Source: Octopus vulgaris (taxonomy: Eukaryota). From it: a stretch of 64,000 nt of DNA. Made by a program: the position numbers and the translations under genes. Shown piece after piece: positions 11,212-25,979 of this stretch. How positions within the stretch are numbered: the first letter of the stretch is position 1; every line of letters begins with the position of its first letter. The stretch is from positions 56,048,001 through 56,112,000 of the forward strand of contig OX597823.1 in the NCBI GenBank assembly GCA_951406725.2, given 5' to 3'. The notes below the pieces were generated by a model. The model ran no database searches. It was not told where the DNA came from and saw only the letters and a list, made by a program, of their open reading frames with translations.

Positions 11212-12342
11212 ACTTTATCTGTCCAACTTCTCACTTCCCGGGTCGCTATGGCAAATCTTTTGCCGCTGGTATTATTTCTCTGTTTTTTTTTTCCTTATTT
11301 CCTTCTTGAATTAATAGCAAAAACGAAAGCAAAGAATATGAAGAGCCAACAAGGTGAGAGGACAAAGTTTGTCGCCAGGTATCATGGCGAAAATTCTTTT
11401 ATACTTCCTTTTCGAAGAAGTCTGTGTGCGGTGGTGGAAGTGTTGGTGGTAGTAGTAATGGTGGTGGTGGTGGTGATGGGGATAGTTTGAATAACCATAT
11501 ATGGACACTAACTATATTATCATGGCTGCCATGATCATCATCATTACCATCAACATTACCAAAAAAAACAATAAAAACGGAAGTCTAAAAGAAAATACAA
11601 TTATCATTGGCTTACATCTGTCAACAAAGTCATTGATGACATTTCATGGTAGCAAAAATATTTCAACGGTTCCCAGACATTAAGCGAAAATCAACAACCA
11701 ATTAAAGAAACTAAAAACAGAAAACATACAGAAAAAGAAAATCATTAGAAATTCGAAGACCTATATGCATCTACACAACAAACTCAACAGGTGTCCCACA
11801 CACATAAACGATTACCTCTGGAATTTCGTAATTTTGACATAATCGATATTTGGGTGTGCAAGTTTTTACTAAGAAGATGACGTTTTCTTATTTTTACTTC
11901 GATTACTAAAATCGATATTTCAAATTATGTTTTTACTAAAGAAAGAAAACAACTTTTATTTTATTACATAAATTGTCCCTAAATTTTCATTCTTAAATAT
12001 CATTCTCCTCCTCCTCCTCCTCCTCCTCCTTCTTCTTCTTCTTCTTCTTCTTCTTCTTCTTCTTCTTCTTCTTCTTCTAAGAGAGAGAAGGGGTGGAGAA
12101 GAACGCCAATAAAAAAAAGGGATAACAGATTGGTCGATAGATAGATAGACAGATAGATAGATAGACTGATTGATAGCTAGATTATAGGGAGATTGATATG
12201 AAGATCTAAAGGTAGTTTTGTGTGTAGGAGAATATAGGGATTAATAAACATATAGAAAATATACTGATTAAATATACATTTATGCACACACGCACATATA
12301 CACACATGTACACAGACACACACTCATCTATATGTATATATA

Positions 12343-13559
12343 CAGGGTCGGACAAAATAATGGAAACACCTAGCATCATAACATTATAATTTTGAAATAT
12401 CTAGAAAACCGTCAAAAGCTTCTTTAGTTTTACGTTTTTTTATTTGTTATTAGTGTTGCTTAATATATTTTGCTAAAATTGCTGTTTCTTTTCAGATATC
12501 ATCAGAAAAGGTGATTAAAATTTATTGAAATAACAAATCTATCGGACTTTCAAAGAGGTCAAATTGCTGGTGCTTGTATGGCAGGCGCTAGCGCAACGAA
12601 AACAGCCGGAATATTTAGTGTATCAAGAAGTACTTTCTCGAAAGTAACGGTACCCTTTGAGAAAGAGGGAAAAACCTCCTCATCGAAACAAAACTCCGAG
12701 GAGAAAACCAACATTTTCAGACAGGGACAGTCGGATTCTTATGCAAATTGTTAGAAAGGATCACAAAAGTACAGCTCACAAAATTACTGCAGAGCTTAAT
12801 GACCACCTCGAGAACCCAGTTTCCACAAAAACCGTTCGTCGAGAGATGCACAAAGCCGGATTTCACGGCAGCGCTGCAATCAGAAAACTACAACTTTCAA
12901 AAACAAACGTGGCAAAGCGTTTAGAGTGGAGTAAAAACTTACAGAATTGGTCCCTAGAGAAGTGAAAGAATTATTTTCCCGGACGAGTCATCCTTTACCT
13001 TATTTCCAATCACCGGCCGAGTATACGTGTGGAGACAGTCAAAAGAACCATTTGACCCAGACTGCCTTCTTCCAACTTGTTAAACATGGAAGAGGATCTG
13101 TAATGATCTAGGTGGGGGTTATATCTTAGAAATCTGCCGGTCCAATTGTTTCCCTTCATGGAAGAATTGATAGTCAAGACCATTTAAGCATTTTTTTTTC
13201 CGATCAAATTCATCCTATGGTTGCAGAACTGTTTCCGGAGGGAAACGTAGTCTTTCAGGATGATAATGCACTAATTCACACAGCTAAAGTTGTTACTGAA
13301 TGGCCGGAGGAAAATTCTAGTGATGTTGAACATCTTATGCAGCCACCACAGTCCTCAGATCTCAATATTATTGAACATTTATGGTGCATTTTAGAAAAAC
13401 AAGTAAGGAGTCGATACCTTCCACCATTATCACTACAGAAACTGGAGAACTGTTTTAGCTGAAAATGGACAAAAATTCCTTTGGAAACAATTCAAACTTT
13501 GTACGATTCTATACCTCGTAGAATTGAAGCTGTAATTACTGCCAAAGAGCGGTCTTACC

Positions 13560-13564
<5 letters not shown>
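12343..13564 (+). mobile_element. Mirror copy of the DD36E Tc1 element lacking its distal TIR
   Basis: Starts CAGGGTCGGACAAAATAATGG and ends at the transposase C-terminus, running into (TA)n. Confidence 0.9.
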
Positions 13565-13600
<36 letters not shown>

Positions 13601-13900
13601 TGTATATATGCATGTACACATATTTATGTGTGTGTGCCTGTGTTTGTCTCCTACTATCGCTTGACAACAGATGTTGGCTTGTTTGCGTCCCCCGAAACCT
13701 AGAGAATATATCTTAGGTTCGATTGATCGGCCAAAAGCCATTTAAGGCGGTGCCCCAGCATGGCCTCACTCAAAATAAATGAAACAAATAAAAGAATAAA
13801 ATGACATATATTTTATATATTCATATAAATGTGACCGCGTGTGTACCGTTGGCCATTTTTTTCCTCTCTCTTCCCTTCTCAGGATCTTTCCTTTTCCTAT

Positions 13901-13935
13901 GTTTTCGACGAAGAGCTCCGCTCGAAACGTTAAAC
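13901..13935 (+). ncRNA. Minimal hammerhead-like motif with mutated core, in repeat 3' end (~13830-13985)
   Basis: GTTT-TCGACGA-A-GAGC(TCC)GCTC-GAAA-CG-TT-AAAC; CUG reads UCG. Confidence 0.5.
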
Positions 13936-13982
13936 CCTCCTTCTTTTCTTCTTTCCTGAGCGTCCAAGAATACTATATTTGT

Positions 13983-14023
<41 letters not shown>

Positions 14024-14428
14024 TTATAATACAAGATGGGATGAACGGGCTTTAATCCAAATGGCAATAATCGTTTCTGTGTATTAGTAACAGCTGTCAG
14101 CTGAGTTTTCCGTGTTACTCATATTGTTATATAAATATTATCAATAATAACAAAGTTTAAAATTAATTCATTAACTAGTAATCAATAATTTCACCAAGTA
14201 GAATTCGGCATGAAATGGGACCATTTCTCGGTAAACTTAAGTAATATTTTATAATTAGGGTTCAGCAAAGATTTGCTTTACCACATACCGAAGTTTAGAA
14301 ATAGCAGCCAGAGAACCTTAGCTATTGCCTCTACTTTAAAAAGAGATTCCCGGACAAAAACAAAGTACTCGAAAACAATCCACGTAGGCAGAGATGAAGA
14401 ATAACGAAAATCAATTGATATTTGATTA

Positions 14429-14512
14429 CCCATGTACGCGTTTCAGAATTAGCTCGGTATAAAGAATGTAGAATTTATACTTTACCCGGAACACTTTCCT
14501 CATCAGCATGGG
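14429..14512 (-). ncRNA. Type I hammerhead ribozyme motif
   Basis: Minus strand: CCCATG-CTGATGA-GGAA...TTCT-GAAA-CGCG-TA-CATGGG. Perfect 6 bp stem I, palindromic stem III, GUA site. Confidence 0.8.
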
Positions 14513-14949
14513 ACTTCACAATATTAAAGCGTTTCCCTCAACCTTTTATTGATCCAGGAGGTATATATATCAATCCAAAAATATAGAAAATTACCTTTGC
14601 CCGAAATGCTACATCATGGAATCGAACACCACACCTCATGACTGTAAAGCGAGCGTATTAACCATTTAGCCATATACGACTTTTAAATCTGATTTAATTG
14701 ATAAGTAGCACTACATGGTTTCGGAATAAGTGCAACCATATGTGTCGCCCTAATTATCCATGAGAATAGCGTTATGACTTACCAAACACTGAACTCGCGA
14801 GTCGAAGAGGGGAACTCTCTTCGTAGCTGCTGAACTTGCTAGAAATTTCAGTCAAGTCTTTCTCAAATTACAGGAAAATGTATTCATCCAAGTATCATAT
14901 TATTATACAGATTCCAACATTATTACAATTATCAAATCAAATATTCTTT

Positions 14950-16928
<1,979 letters not shown>

Positions 16929-16937
16929 AATAATAAT

Positions 16938-17475
16938 ATGTAGTACCAGGCAGTGGCTCTGATCTTAACTGACTGGAAGTGTTATTATGTACATTGTTTT
17001 CAGTTAGTATAAAATATGGGATACAGCAAATATTCTGCTGAATACTACGGATTTGCTTGTCAGTTGTTTGACCTTAACCAGTTGACCACTTCCGTTAGTG
17101 GCTGACGATATGTGCATCTCTGATCACGAACAGAAGTAGTGGGGGAGCATCATAGCCATGTGTTGAGAGGCATTCTTTGGGGTTTGAATAATTCACCTCT
17201 GGAAACATGGGTGGTTCGTTCAACATACTTAAACAACTCTTATTGAAGGACCTTTTGAGCGGGATGGGTTACTTGACCAGAAGAAAATTCTAACTGGGCC
17301 CCACCTGCAAGGTCATGTGCTGTTTATCTTGATATGAGATCACCATGTCGCGCACATATGGTTGTGATGCATGTGCCTAGTGTACCCTTATCAGACGGGT
17401 AGTCATGATGGGCATACTGGGCTTCGTATATTTTACCCCAGTGTCACTTTGATGGCATGCACTGCTCTCTCACTC
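16938..17475 (+). repeat. Interspersed repeat family E (~530 bp); other copies 46851-47240 (-) and ~49370-49520
   Basis: Shared text ending CATGCACTGCTCTCTCACTC next to trinucleotide repeats. Confidence 0.7.
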
Positions 17476-19117
17476 AAGAAGAAGAAGAAGAAGAAGAAGA
17501 AGAAGAAGAAGAAGAAGAAGAAGAAGAAGAAGAAGAAGAAGAAGAATCCTTTCTATGAAAGGCGTAAGGCCTGAAGGTTGGGGGAGGGGTACTAGTCGAT
17601 AACATCGACCCCAGTGTTTCATTGGTACTTAATTTATCGACCCCGAAAGGATGAAAGGAAAAGTCGACCTCAGTGGAATTTGAACTCGGAACGTAAAGAC
17701 GGACGCCCGGCGTGCTAACGAGTTTGCCAGCTCACCACCGTAATCGAAAACAACTAAACATAAGGTTTCCTCATTCTGAATAACACGAAGTGAACGAGAG
17801 AAAACATGCTCAAAATATGTAGTAAATATAAATGCATCTCTGTAGCCTTCCATACACACGCAGGCGTACAAATGCACACTCACACACACATACATACACA
17901 CAATCCAAATTCATGATGCCAAGGGAATTTCTAAGTGCCATAGTTAGAAATGAATGAGAGGATGCCCTGATAACAATCCTTATCAGTCCTTAAAAAATGG
18001 GATAGTCAAATCTGGAGCACACCCAGGTCTACTCGATCAGGGACTAAACAACAATATCAGTCATTCGTATTTTGGACGAACCAACAAGCTGGCTTCTTTG
18101 TGACTACTCAAATTGTTAGAAATGCCAGTTATAAATAATCCTCATATGACACCTTAATATCCTGAAAAAGAATGAGGTGGTTAATGCCAGAACGCTTTAC
18201 ATCATAGGCCTACTCGATCAAGGTTAAACACCAAAATCCAACATCCATCCCTAAGAGATGTCAACTAGATAGTTTCAATGTAGTCGTTCGAAATGCTAGA
18301 AAAAAGTAGCCTCAATCTCATGAGTTATCTAAATTAAGCCTAGGCGGCAGCATGGCGAAATCGTTAGAGTTTCGGTCTGAAATTGGATACCTCGCGGTAT
18401 TTGTTTTGACTCTTTACTAAGAACAAATTGCTTTTCGGGGTCGATAAATAAAAACGAACAGATCCAGGAGTGTTAGATGTTTTTTTTTTCTGGGGCATGA
18501 GGATTGGTGGAACAGTAAGAATGCCAGATAGGACACCTTGTAATATTTGATCCAGCCTTTTGCATTCTGATCACAAATCCTGCCCGGTTTAACACTATCA
18601 TCTGGTACCTTGCGTACCTCAAGCATTGGAGCCAGGCCTCTGGTTTGGTAATACTTTCCTTCCTTCCGCCCATCAATATCGACTCCCTCTAAAAAGTCAT
18701 GAGCCTTTAATCTTGACTAGAACAAAGAAAATGTATCTGTAATAGTTAAGGATTTAGAGATGGGCTATAGTTATTTAAATTCAATGTGTGGATGTGACAA
18801 AACACGGATCATCTCTCATTCGGTTTTTGGATTGGTGACGGCAATCTAGCGATGTGGCCTCCTGTTACAACTTTCTCATCAACGTATTGATCAAAATAAA
18901 TCGATAATAACTTCAACAGAAGAAAACATCAACAATCAATAAGCATACTACAGGTGTATCGTGAAATAAAAGCTACGAAATGTCGAAGTGACGAATCTAG
19001 AAATTGATTTGGCTGTTTTGTCTGAATTTTGGAGAATTCTCACACAGTACATATAGCGTTTATTGATGTATGGTAGCTGTATAAACATTATATAATCTAG
19101 TGGTGGGGTGCAGTGAA

Positions 19118-19450
19118 GGTGTGTAGCTTGGTGGTTAGACTGTTCGTCTTACGATCGTAAGTTCGAGAATTCGATTCCCGGCAACGCGTTGTTTCCTTCA
19201 GCAAAACACATTATGTCCCATTGCTTCAGTCCACTCAGCTGGCAGAAATGAATACCAGCTGTATATCAAAGGGCCAGCCTTGTCACATTCTATGTCATGC
19301 TGAATCTCCCTAAGAAGTGCGTTATGGTTACGTGTACCGGTGGAGTGCTCAACCACTTTCACGTTAGTTTCGCGTTAATTTCATGAATAGGCTATTCCAT
19401 TGATTGGATCAACTGGAAGCCTTGTCGTCGTAACCGACGGAATGCCAGTG
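19118..19450 (+). mobile_element. tRNA-derived SINE, family C-type head; tail shared with 44060-44360 (-)
   Basis: A/B-box head TAGCTTGGTGG...TTCGATTCC, centre CAGTCCACTCAGCTGG, 3' CGTCGTAACCGACGGA. Confidence 0.7.
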
Positions 19451-19517
19451 TGTGCATTTTCAACAATAAATATCTCTTCTGATCCTGCAAGAAACTGATA
19501 GCATAATACTTATCGTT

Positions 19518-19750
19518 AAGGCGGCGAGCTGGCAGAAACGTTAGCACGCCGGGCGAAATGTGTAACCGTATTTCGTCTGTCGTTACGTTCCAAGTTCAAA
19601 TTCCGCCGAGGTCGACTTTGCCTTTCATCCTTTCGGGGTCGATAAATTAAGTACCAGTTACGCACTGGGGTCGATGTAATCGACTTAATCCCTTTGTCTG
19701 TCCTTGTTTGTCCCCTCTGTGTTTAGCCCCTTGTGGGTAGTAAAGAAATA
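19518..19750 (+). mobile_element. tRNA-derived SINE family B (Nin-like centre), young copy with target duplication
   Basis: GGCGGCGAGCTGGCAGAA...GTTCAAATTCC...GCCTTTCATCCTTTCGGGGTCGATAAATTAAGTACCAG, flanked by ATAATACTTATC on both sides. Other copies ~17545-17740, 22557-23160, 44475-44850, 52985-53390, 63715-63920. Confidence 0.85.
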
Positions 19751-20196
19751 AGTATAATACTTATCTTAATAGCGTTGCTGTTGTTGATGATGATGATGGG
19801 GAGAAGGAGGCGGTATGTTGGTGGACGAGGAGGACTGTATTTCTGAATTCATTAGACAAGTTTATATTTTGTATAATTAACGACAGTAAATTTAAACCAT
19901 TTTTTTTTCTATTTTGCATTCTATTTCTTCAATAACACACAACAGACATGAAAGGATACAGGAATCAATATAAATTCGTTGATCCTGGATTAAACCTATA
20001 AATTGAAAAAAAAAACGTTTTTTTTTTAATATAGTGGTCGTATACTGTCAACTCAATGTGACAGTCCCGTAAGGGAATTACACCACCGCCATTTAGCCCT
20101 AGAAAACATCGACGTCTCCTGTCGGCTTTGACACATTTTCTGTGTCCTTATATTTGCAAAGGGGAGGCAATCACCCCCGCAAGCCGGGACAAGACA

Positions 20197-20242
20197 CCTG
20201 AAGACATATGTTTCTGAGTATACTGCTCATCGTCAGTTCAGG
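20197..20242 (-). ncRNA. Type I hammerhead ribozyme motif within a ~345 bp unit (~20030-20375)
   Basis: Minus strand: CCTGAA-CTGACGA-TGAG(CAGTATA)CTCA-GAAA-CATATG-TC-TTCAGG. All stems pair and the core is intact. Confidence 0.85.
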
Positions 20243-20874
20243 GTAGCCTGCCTCGCTCGCTGAGATGACGGCAACCTCTCTGCAAATATATCATATTATC
20301 AGTAAAATTTATTTACTAATCACCGAAATTAGAAATATTGAATTTCTAAATGTCTCAGAGAGACTGTAGAAAGTAATAATTCATTTCTTTTCGTAAAAGT
20401 TACATACACATTATTAAGCGATTCATTTTAATATGATATAACAGAGATATGGTGTCGTAATGTTTCGTATTGGCAGAATAATACTGAAGAATTGCTGTCG
20501 ATTATATCGACGCCAATTCTTCACTAGTTCTTCTCATCCTCCCTTTTCTCTTCTTTATTTCTTCCTTCTTTTTCTCCTATTCCATCTCTACTCCTTTCTC
20601 CTCTTTCTATCCCTTTACTTAGCAAAGTTATAAACCTTTATCTTGAAACAAAACAATAGTAATAAGTGTTAAAATCCGTGGATCACCGAATAAAATTTTT
20701 GTGGTGCTTAGGTACGTCGTTTTAGATTCTGGATCTAATTCTTTCATCAGTCGAATTTACCAGTTGTCGTCTTTGCCTCTCACTCACTTCTCTAGGTATA
20801 AAAGGAAATGAACGAAAATCATTAATTAAAAAAACAAAAACTTTACACTTTTCCTGTTTTTTTTTATTTTACAG

Positions 20875-21075
20875 AGGGCAATTTTGTCCCACGTCAACCA
20901 AAGTTGCAAGTAATGTAACGGAGAAATGCGGCAAATTTTTAGCAATGGTAGGAAAAGGATATTCTTTGGATAAAAAGGCATCCAATCTTCTGGGCTTAAG
21001 CGAAGGCGAATTGATGTACAAAATCCATAAATGGTCACTAGACATTCAATCCAGTCCAGATTGTACTTTTACCAA
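20875..21075 (+). CDS. Exon 2, EMI-like domain (N part)
   Basis: Polypyrimidine-ACAG acceptor, GQFCPTSTK...EKCGK...SPDCTFT open frame, GTAAG donor; phase 2-2. Confidence 0.75.
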
Positions 21076-23203
21076 GTAAGAAATATTCAGAATTTATTCC
21101 TTTATTCCTTTTATTTTTTAACTTATTGGAATCATGCAAAAGAATAAACAGCTATTTTAATTTATGTTTTCAGATCTAATTTCATGTTAGAAATGAAAAG
21201 TTGTTTTTTTTTTGTTTTTTTTTTTAATTATGTCTCATTTGTATTTTCTCTGCAATTTTCATTTGGGCTCTTCCATTACATACATAATTTTAAAATTGTC
21301 GAAGTTACGGAGCAAAAAAATTTTGTTTAGGCGTGGCTGTGTGGTAAGAAATTTACTTCCCAACCAGGTTCCAGGTTCACTCCCACTCCGTGGCACCTTG
21401 GGCAAGTGTCTTCTCCTACATCCTCGGACCAACCAAAACCTTGTGAAAGGATTTGATGAACGGAAACTGAAAAAAGCCTATCATGTGTGTATGTATGTGT
21501 GCGTCTTTTGTGTTTCTCCCACTTGACAGCCGATGCTGGTGTGTTTATGTCCCCGCAACTTTGCTTTTCGGCAAAATTAATTGATAGAATATGTACCAGG
21601 AAATAAATAAAAGTACTGGGGTCGATTAATTCGACTGAAAATATTTCAAGGCGACGTGTGTATATATTTCTTTAGCTATACAGACTCAAGTGTGGCTGAG
21701 TGGTAAGTGTGCCGCGATATTATATAGCTTTGGCTTCAATGTTGCAGCGTGGTACCTTGGCCAAGTAACTTCTATTATAGCTCCGGGGCAACCAAAGGCT
21801 TGCGAGTGGATTTAAGAGTTGACTATAAGTGGGGTTGGAATTTTGAATTTAAAATTGAGAGATACGAGAAAGAAGTTGCACAGAATTCGCATATTTAATT
21901 TTTTTATTTTTATCTATTACGAGTTTCTTATAATTTCTAGTCAGTAGTAATCATGTATATCACTATTTCATTCGTTTTAGAAATTTTTAGTGTGATTTAA
22001 ACAGTTACTTATAAATTAGATATATTGTAAAGAGATACATTCCATTAAAATTAAAGATGAAATAAATACTGTCCGCTGTAAATTAATAAGATGTTTCTTT
22101 TTTTTTTTTCATAGAACTTTGGTTGTTTAAGAAATAAGAGGAAAATAGAATGCCCCTAGTATTTACCTGTAAAGTAATACCATTTTCCAGGAGAATTATG
22201 CTGCGTAAAAATCTTTAAAAAGTACCCAATACTTTTAACCTCAACTACAAACGATTTCAAAAACGTTTTTGATATATTGTTGAGGTGTAGATACCTTTTG
22301 GGCTATTATCTTCAATAGATAATCCTTTATGTAGACCAACAATCAGCCATTCGTAAACACACATGCACTAAGACCATCGTCAGACGTTTAAAGTAGATTT
22401 TCGTGAAGTCACAACTAGAATTATTCGAAACCTTGTGGCACTCTCTGGCTATAGCCGTTAATATAAGGGAGGTAACCATCTCCTTACAACATAATGTGGG
22501 ATTAGAAGTTTGAATTTGAAATGAAGGAAGGAAAAGAAGCATAGAGCCCATATATATTCTTTTCTACTTTAGGCCCGAAATTTTGGGGGAGGGAGCCAGT
22601 CGATTATATCGACCCCAGTGCGTAACTGGTACTTATTTAATCGACCCCGAAAGGATGAAAGGCAAAGTCGACCTCGGCGGAATTTGAACTCAGAACGTAG
22701 CGGCAGACGAAATACCGCTAAGCATTTCGACCGGCGTGCTAACGTTTCTGCCAGCTTTCAGCCTTAAAATATATAATTTATTCTTTTCTACTCTAGGCAC
22801 AAGGCTCGAAATTTTGGAGGAGGGGACCAGTCGATTATATCGACCCCAGTACACAACTGGTACTTAATTTATCGACCCCGAAAGGATGAAAGACAAAGTC
22901 GGCCTCGGTGGAATTTGAACTCAAATTGTTGTGAATTATATTAAAATATTTTGACATGTGAAACATCAGTATACCTTTAAGGCGAAGAGCTGGTAGTTTG
23001 TCATCACTCCGGACAAAATGCTTAGCAGCATTTCTTCCGACTATTTACGTTCTGAGGTCAAATACCACCAAGGTCAACTTTATCTTTTATCCTTTCGATA
23101 TAATCGCGTTACTCCCTTCCCCTCAAAGTTGCTGGACTAGTTCTAAAATCAGAAAGAATCATTTTATATACCTTTACTTTTCTATCTTTTCTTACTTTTG
23201 TAG

Positions 23204-23265
23204 AGGAGTTAATACTGAAAAAAATGCCTGCTGCGGTGGCTGGTCCGGAGCCAAATGTCTTATAC
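23204..23265 (+). CDS. Exon 3, EMI-like domain end
   Basis: TAG|A GVNTEKNACCGGWSGAKCLI C|GTAAGT; CCxGW motif; phase 2-1. Confidence 0.85.
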
Positions 23266-25874
23266 GTAAGTCTCCCATATTCTTTCTATTTCCGATTCTT
23301 CCTCTCCAATACTTGCTCTTTGAATTCGCTAGAGATACATTTCTGGCGATGTTAACACTTAAATGCTCCTCTAGGTATTGCCTATAACTGAAATTAATGC
23401 ATGCAGGGGCAACTAACTGATTTTCAACCGTTGCTTGAACATTTAGTTCTTCATCTTGATGTGTTTTGTTATTTACCCTTTATTCCCATGCAAAAGTAGT
23501 GTATATAGCAAATATCTCAATTTGTCACTTTTTGTTATACTGTCTTCTACTACTACATAATGTACACCTGATTCCTCTCCTTATACTCTCTACTTTTGTC
23601 GTTACTTAATATTCTGCATAACTTCATCTGAGAAAATGTGTGTAATTTTAAAATAGTTTTAATAAATCTAATTTTTTTTAAAATCATATATGTACATCAG
23701 GTAATATTTATTCCCTCTTCAAAGTGAATGTTGTGTTAGAACACAAAATACTGTGATAGTTACCACGAGAAAACCTTTCATATGGGCTCTTGATCCATGT
23801 AAGCACTCTTGTTTATATCGCTATGTCTACATGGCAAACATTTCCCCTGATAACTATTTATAGATCCCGAAAAGAGAAGGAATGCGGCTGGTGGTACAAG
23901 GTTACCCTGTTTTGCACCGCCAGTTTTCTATAGGATGTCCATAGATACAAGAGGTGAAATTCAGGAACACCCTTGCGCCCTTTATTGGTCATAAAACATT
24001 CAAATCTTAATAATATAGGTTGATATTTTTCGATTATGTATTCCACGTTTCTTGTGCACATGCGAACCGTCTATATTGTGCTTCAAACAAAACATCGAGC
24101 CAGCGGCCAATATCACTGCGAATTCGGGGTTAAGCTCAAGTGCATCTGCCAATAGATTTTTGGTACGGTTTTCACAAGCAGTCTACCATTTGGGTTTTCT
24201 TTGTACGCGACCCTCATTTCTTTAGAAACTAGTAGATACTTATTTCAGGTTCACTTCCGAAGTTCGTTTAGAATGTCAACGAAGTCGTGGTCAGATGTTT
24301 TTAGAAGTGTAAAGTTCATGACTTTTGAGGAGCATTTGGGTTTTTCTGTCTTGATTTCGTCCAAGAGAAATATAGACCTTTCTTTTGCCTGTTCTGAACG
24401 CTTTTCTTAAAACTCACTTTTTCTCTTGAGAAGGGGAGCTTCTTTTACTACACTTTGTACTGTCTCCGACAGTTTGCTACCTCTCTTAGCTATCCACGTC
24501 TTCGCTGACTCTACTGGATGTAAGTAGAAAGGGCCATTAGTCCTTTTGGTCTTTTGGTCTTGAGGACAAGGTGAGAATTTTCGATTGTCCCTGAGATTCT
24601 CCTGGTGGTTAAACATTTACTCCTTTATGAGGCCATCTCATCACAGATGAATTCTATGACAAGGGCTTCGCTTTGCTATTGGAGCTATTTCATATTCCTT
24701 GCCCTTTTAACGCTTTTAGTAAAGCCATGATTATCGCACAGTCTAATTTATATTAATTTGATGGATCAGGCGCATTGCACAAGACGTAAATTTCTTGACA
24801 TGTGGAGTCTGCGATCCTTTTTTGCTTTACGGTTCAGCATCTTTTATTTCAATCTCACCAATAGTCTTGGTGGAAAGTGCCTAAGATAAAAATGAATTAT
24901 TAAAAATACTTCGAGAAAATTCAGTTTCCAGGTCAAACGGATTCAAACGGTAAACAATGTCTACAGGTAAGCGCCAACAAAGAGTCACTATGCTGTAACT
25001 GGGCTTGCTATTAATCTCACTTAAATCTTCCTGAAATCAAATGCCGATCTTAGATAAAGAAAAGGTGTATTTCATAACGGAGTCTTACATACCCTTTAGA
25101 GACGAGAGGGTCACAACTGGAATGCATTCGACACATCTCAGTTCTCTCGGACTTGAACTGGTGTAAACAACATCAGTAAGCAGAAGCCAACGAGAGAACT
25201 TCTATGTGGTCGCTTGCTCATATAGCAATAGAAACAAGATCACACTATCGTGTTAAAAAAGAGAGGAAGCATATTACTGTAACACCTTTGATCATAGGTA
25301 CGACTAGTCAGAATTGGTAACGATTAGTTTGTATGTAGTTTTCACCTCTTTTTGTATGTCCATCCCTCATCCTCTCACGTTTTCCTTCTCTTTCTCTCTC
25401 TCCCTCTCTATCTCTGTCTCTATCTAAATCTCTCTCTTCCCTTTACTTTTCTTATCCGAATGAATATCACACCTCCATTCCAAATATCATTCACTTGTGG
25501 TTTTTTCGAGTAACATTAAAGCATAGATAATTTCCTTGCGAAATCTAATCGACGTGCTTGTTTCTACTTCTACTGGCAGTCATTTTTATTTTGATCTACG
25601 CCACAGATAACATCAAGAAAATATTGAATACCACAAACCGTTACCGTCTCCTATGAATATGTAATGCTAGTTCTATGCCTAACAAATCGACACTAAGAAA
25701 TCAGCAGGCCCTTATAGTTCCATTGTTAATTTTCAGTTGAATGATAACATTCCATTGCACATGCATTGCCTGTAAGAAGTGAATAAAAGTCACGCAGGTA
25801 CATCGGCCGCCCCCGATGAGGATTTGTTTTTAAGCAAGACTCTCATTCATTTTCTTTGCTTATCTTTTATACAG

Positions 25875-25979
25875 CCGTCTGCATACCTGCATGTAAGAAC
25901 AAGGGCTCTTGCGTCAGCCCCAATGTATGCAGTTGTCTTAAGGGCTTTAGTGGATACAGATGCGGTGAAATTACCACAT
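25875..25979 (+). CDS. Exon 4, EGF-like domain
   Basis: VCIPACKNKGSCVSPNVCSCLKGFSGYRCG; AG/GT sites; phase 1-1. Confidence 0.92.

Larger units (their letters stand above)
6439..13564. repeat. Large inverted duplication: arms ~6439-9730 and ~10262-13564, ~530 bp spacer
   Basis: Tc1, (AAG)n/(GGA)n tract, promoter/exon 1, SINE and Tc1 fragment all recur in mirror order. Arms differ mostly by 1-2 bp indels and a few substitutions. Confidence 0.95.

Noticed and set aside
22115-22175. Strong-looking acceptor (T-run + ATAG) as an extra exon
   Set aside because: Stops in all three frames; exons 2 and 3 already join in phase.
23860-24900. Possible decayed LINE endonuclease (HNID..ACAQETW-like on minus strand)
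   Set aside because: Single weak motif needing a frameshift; not enough to call.
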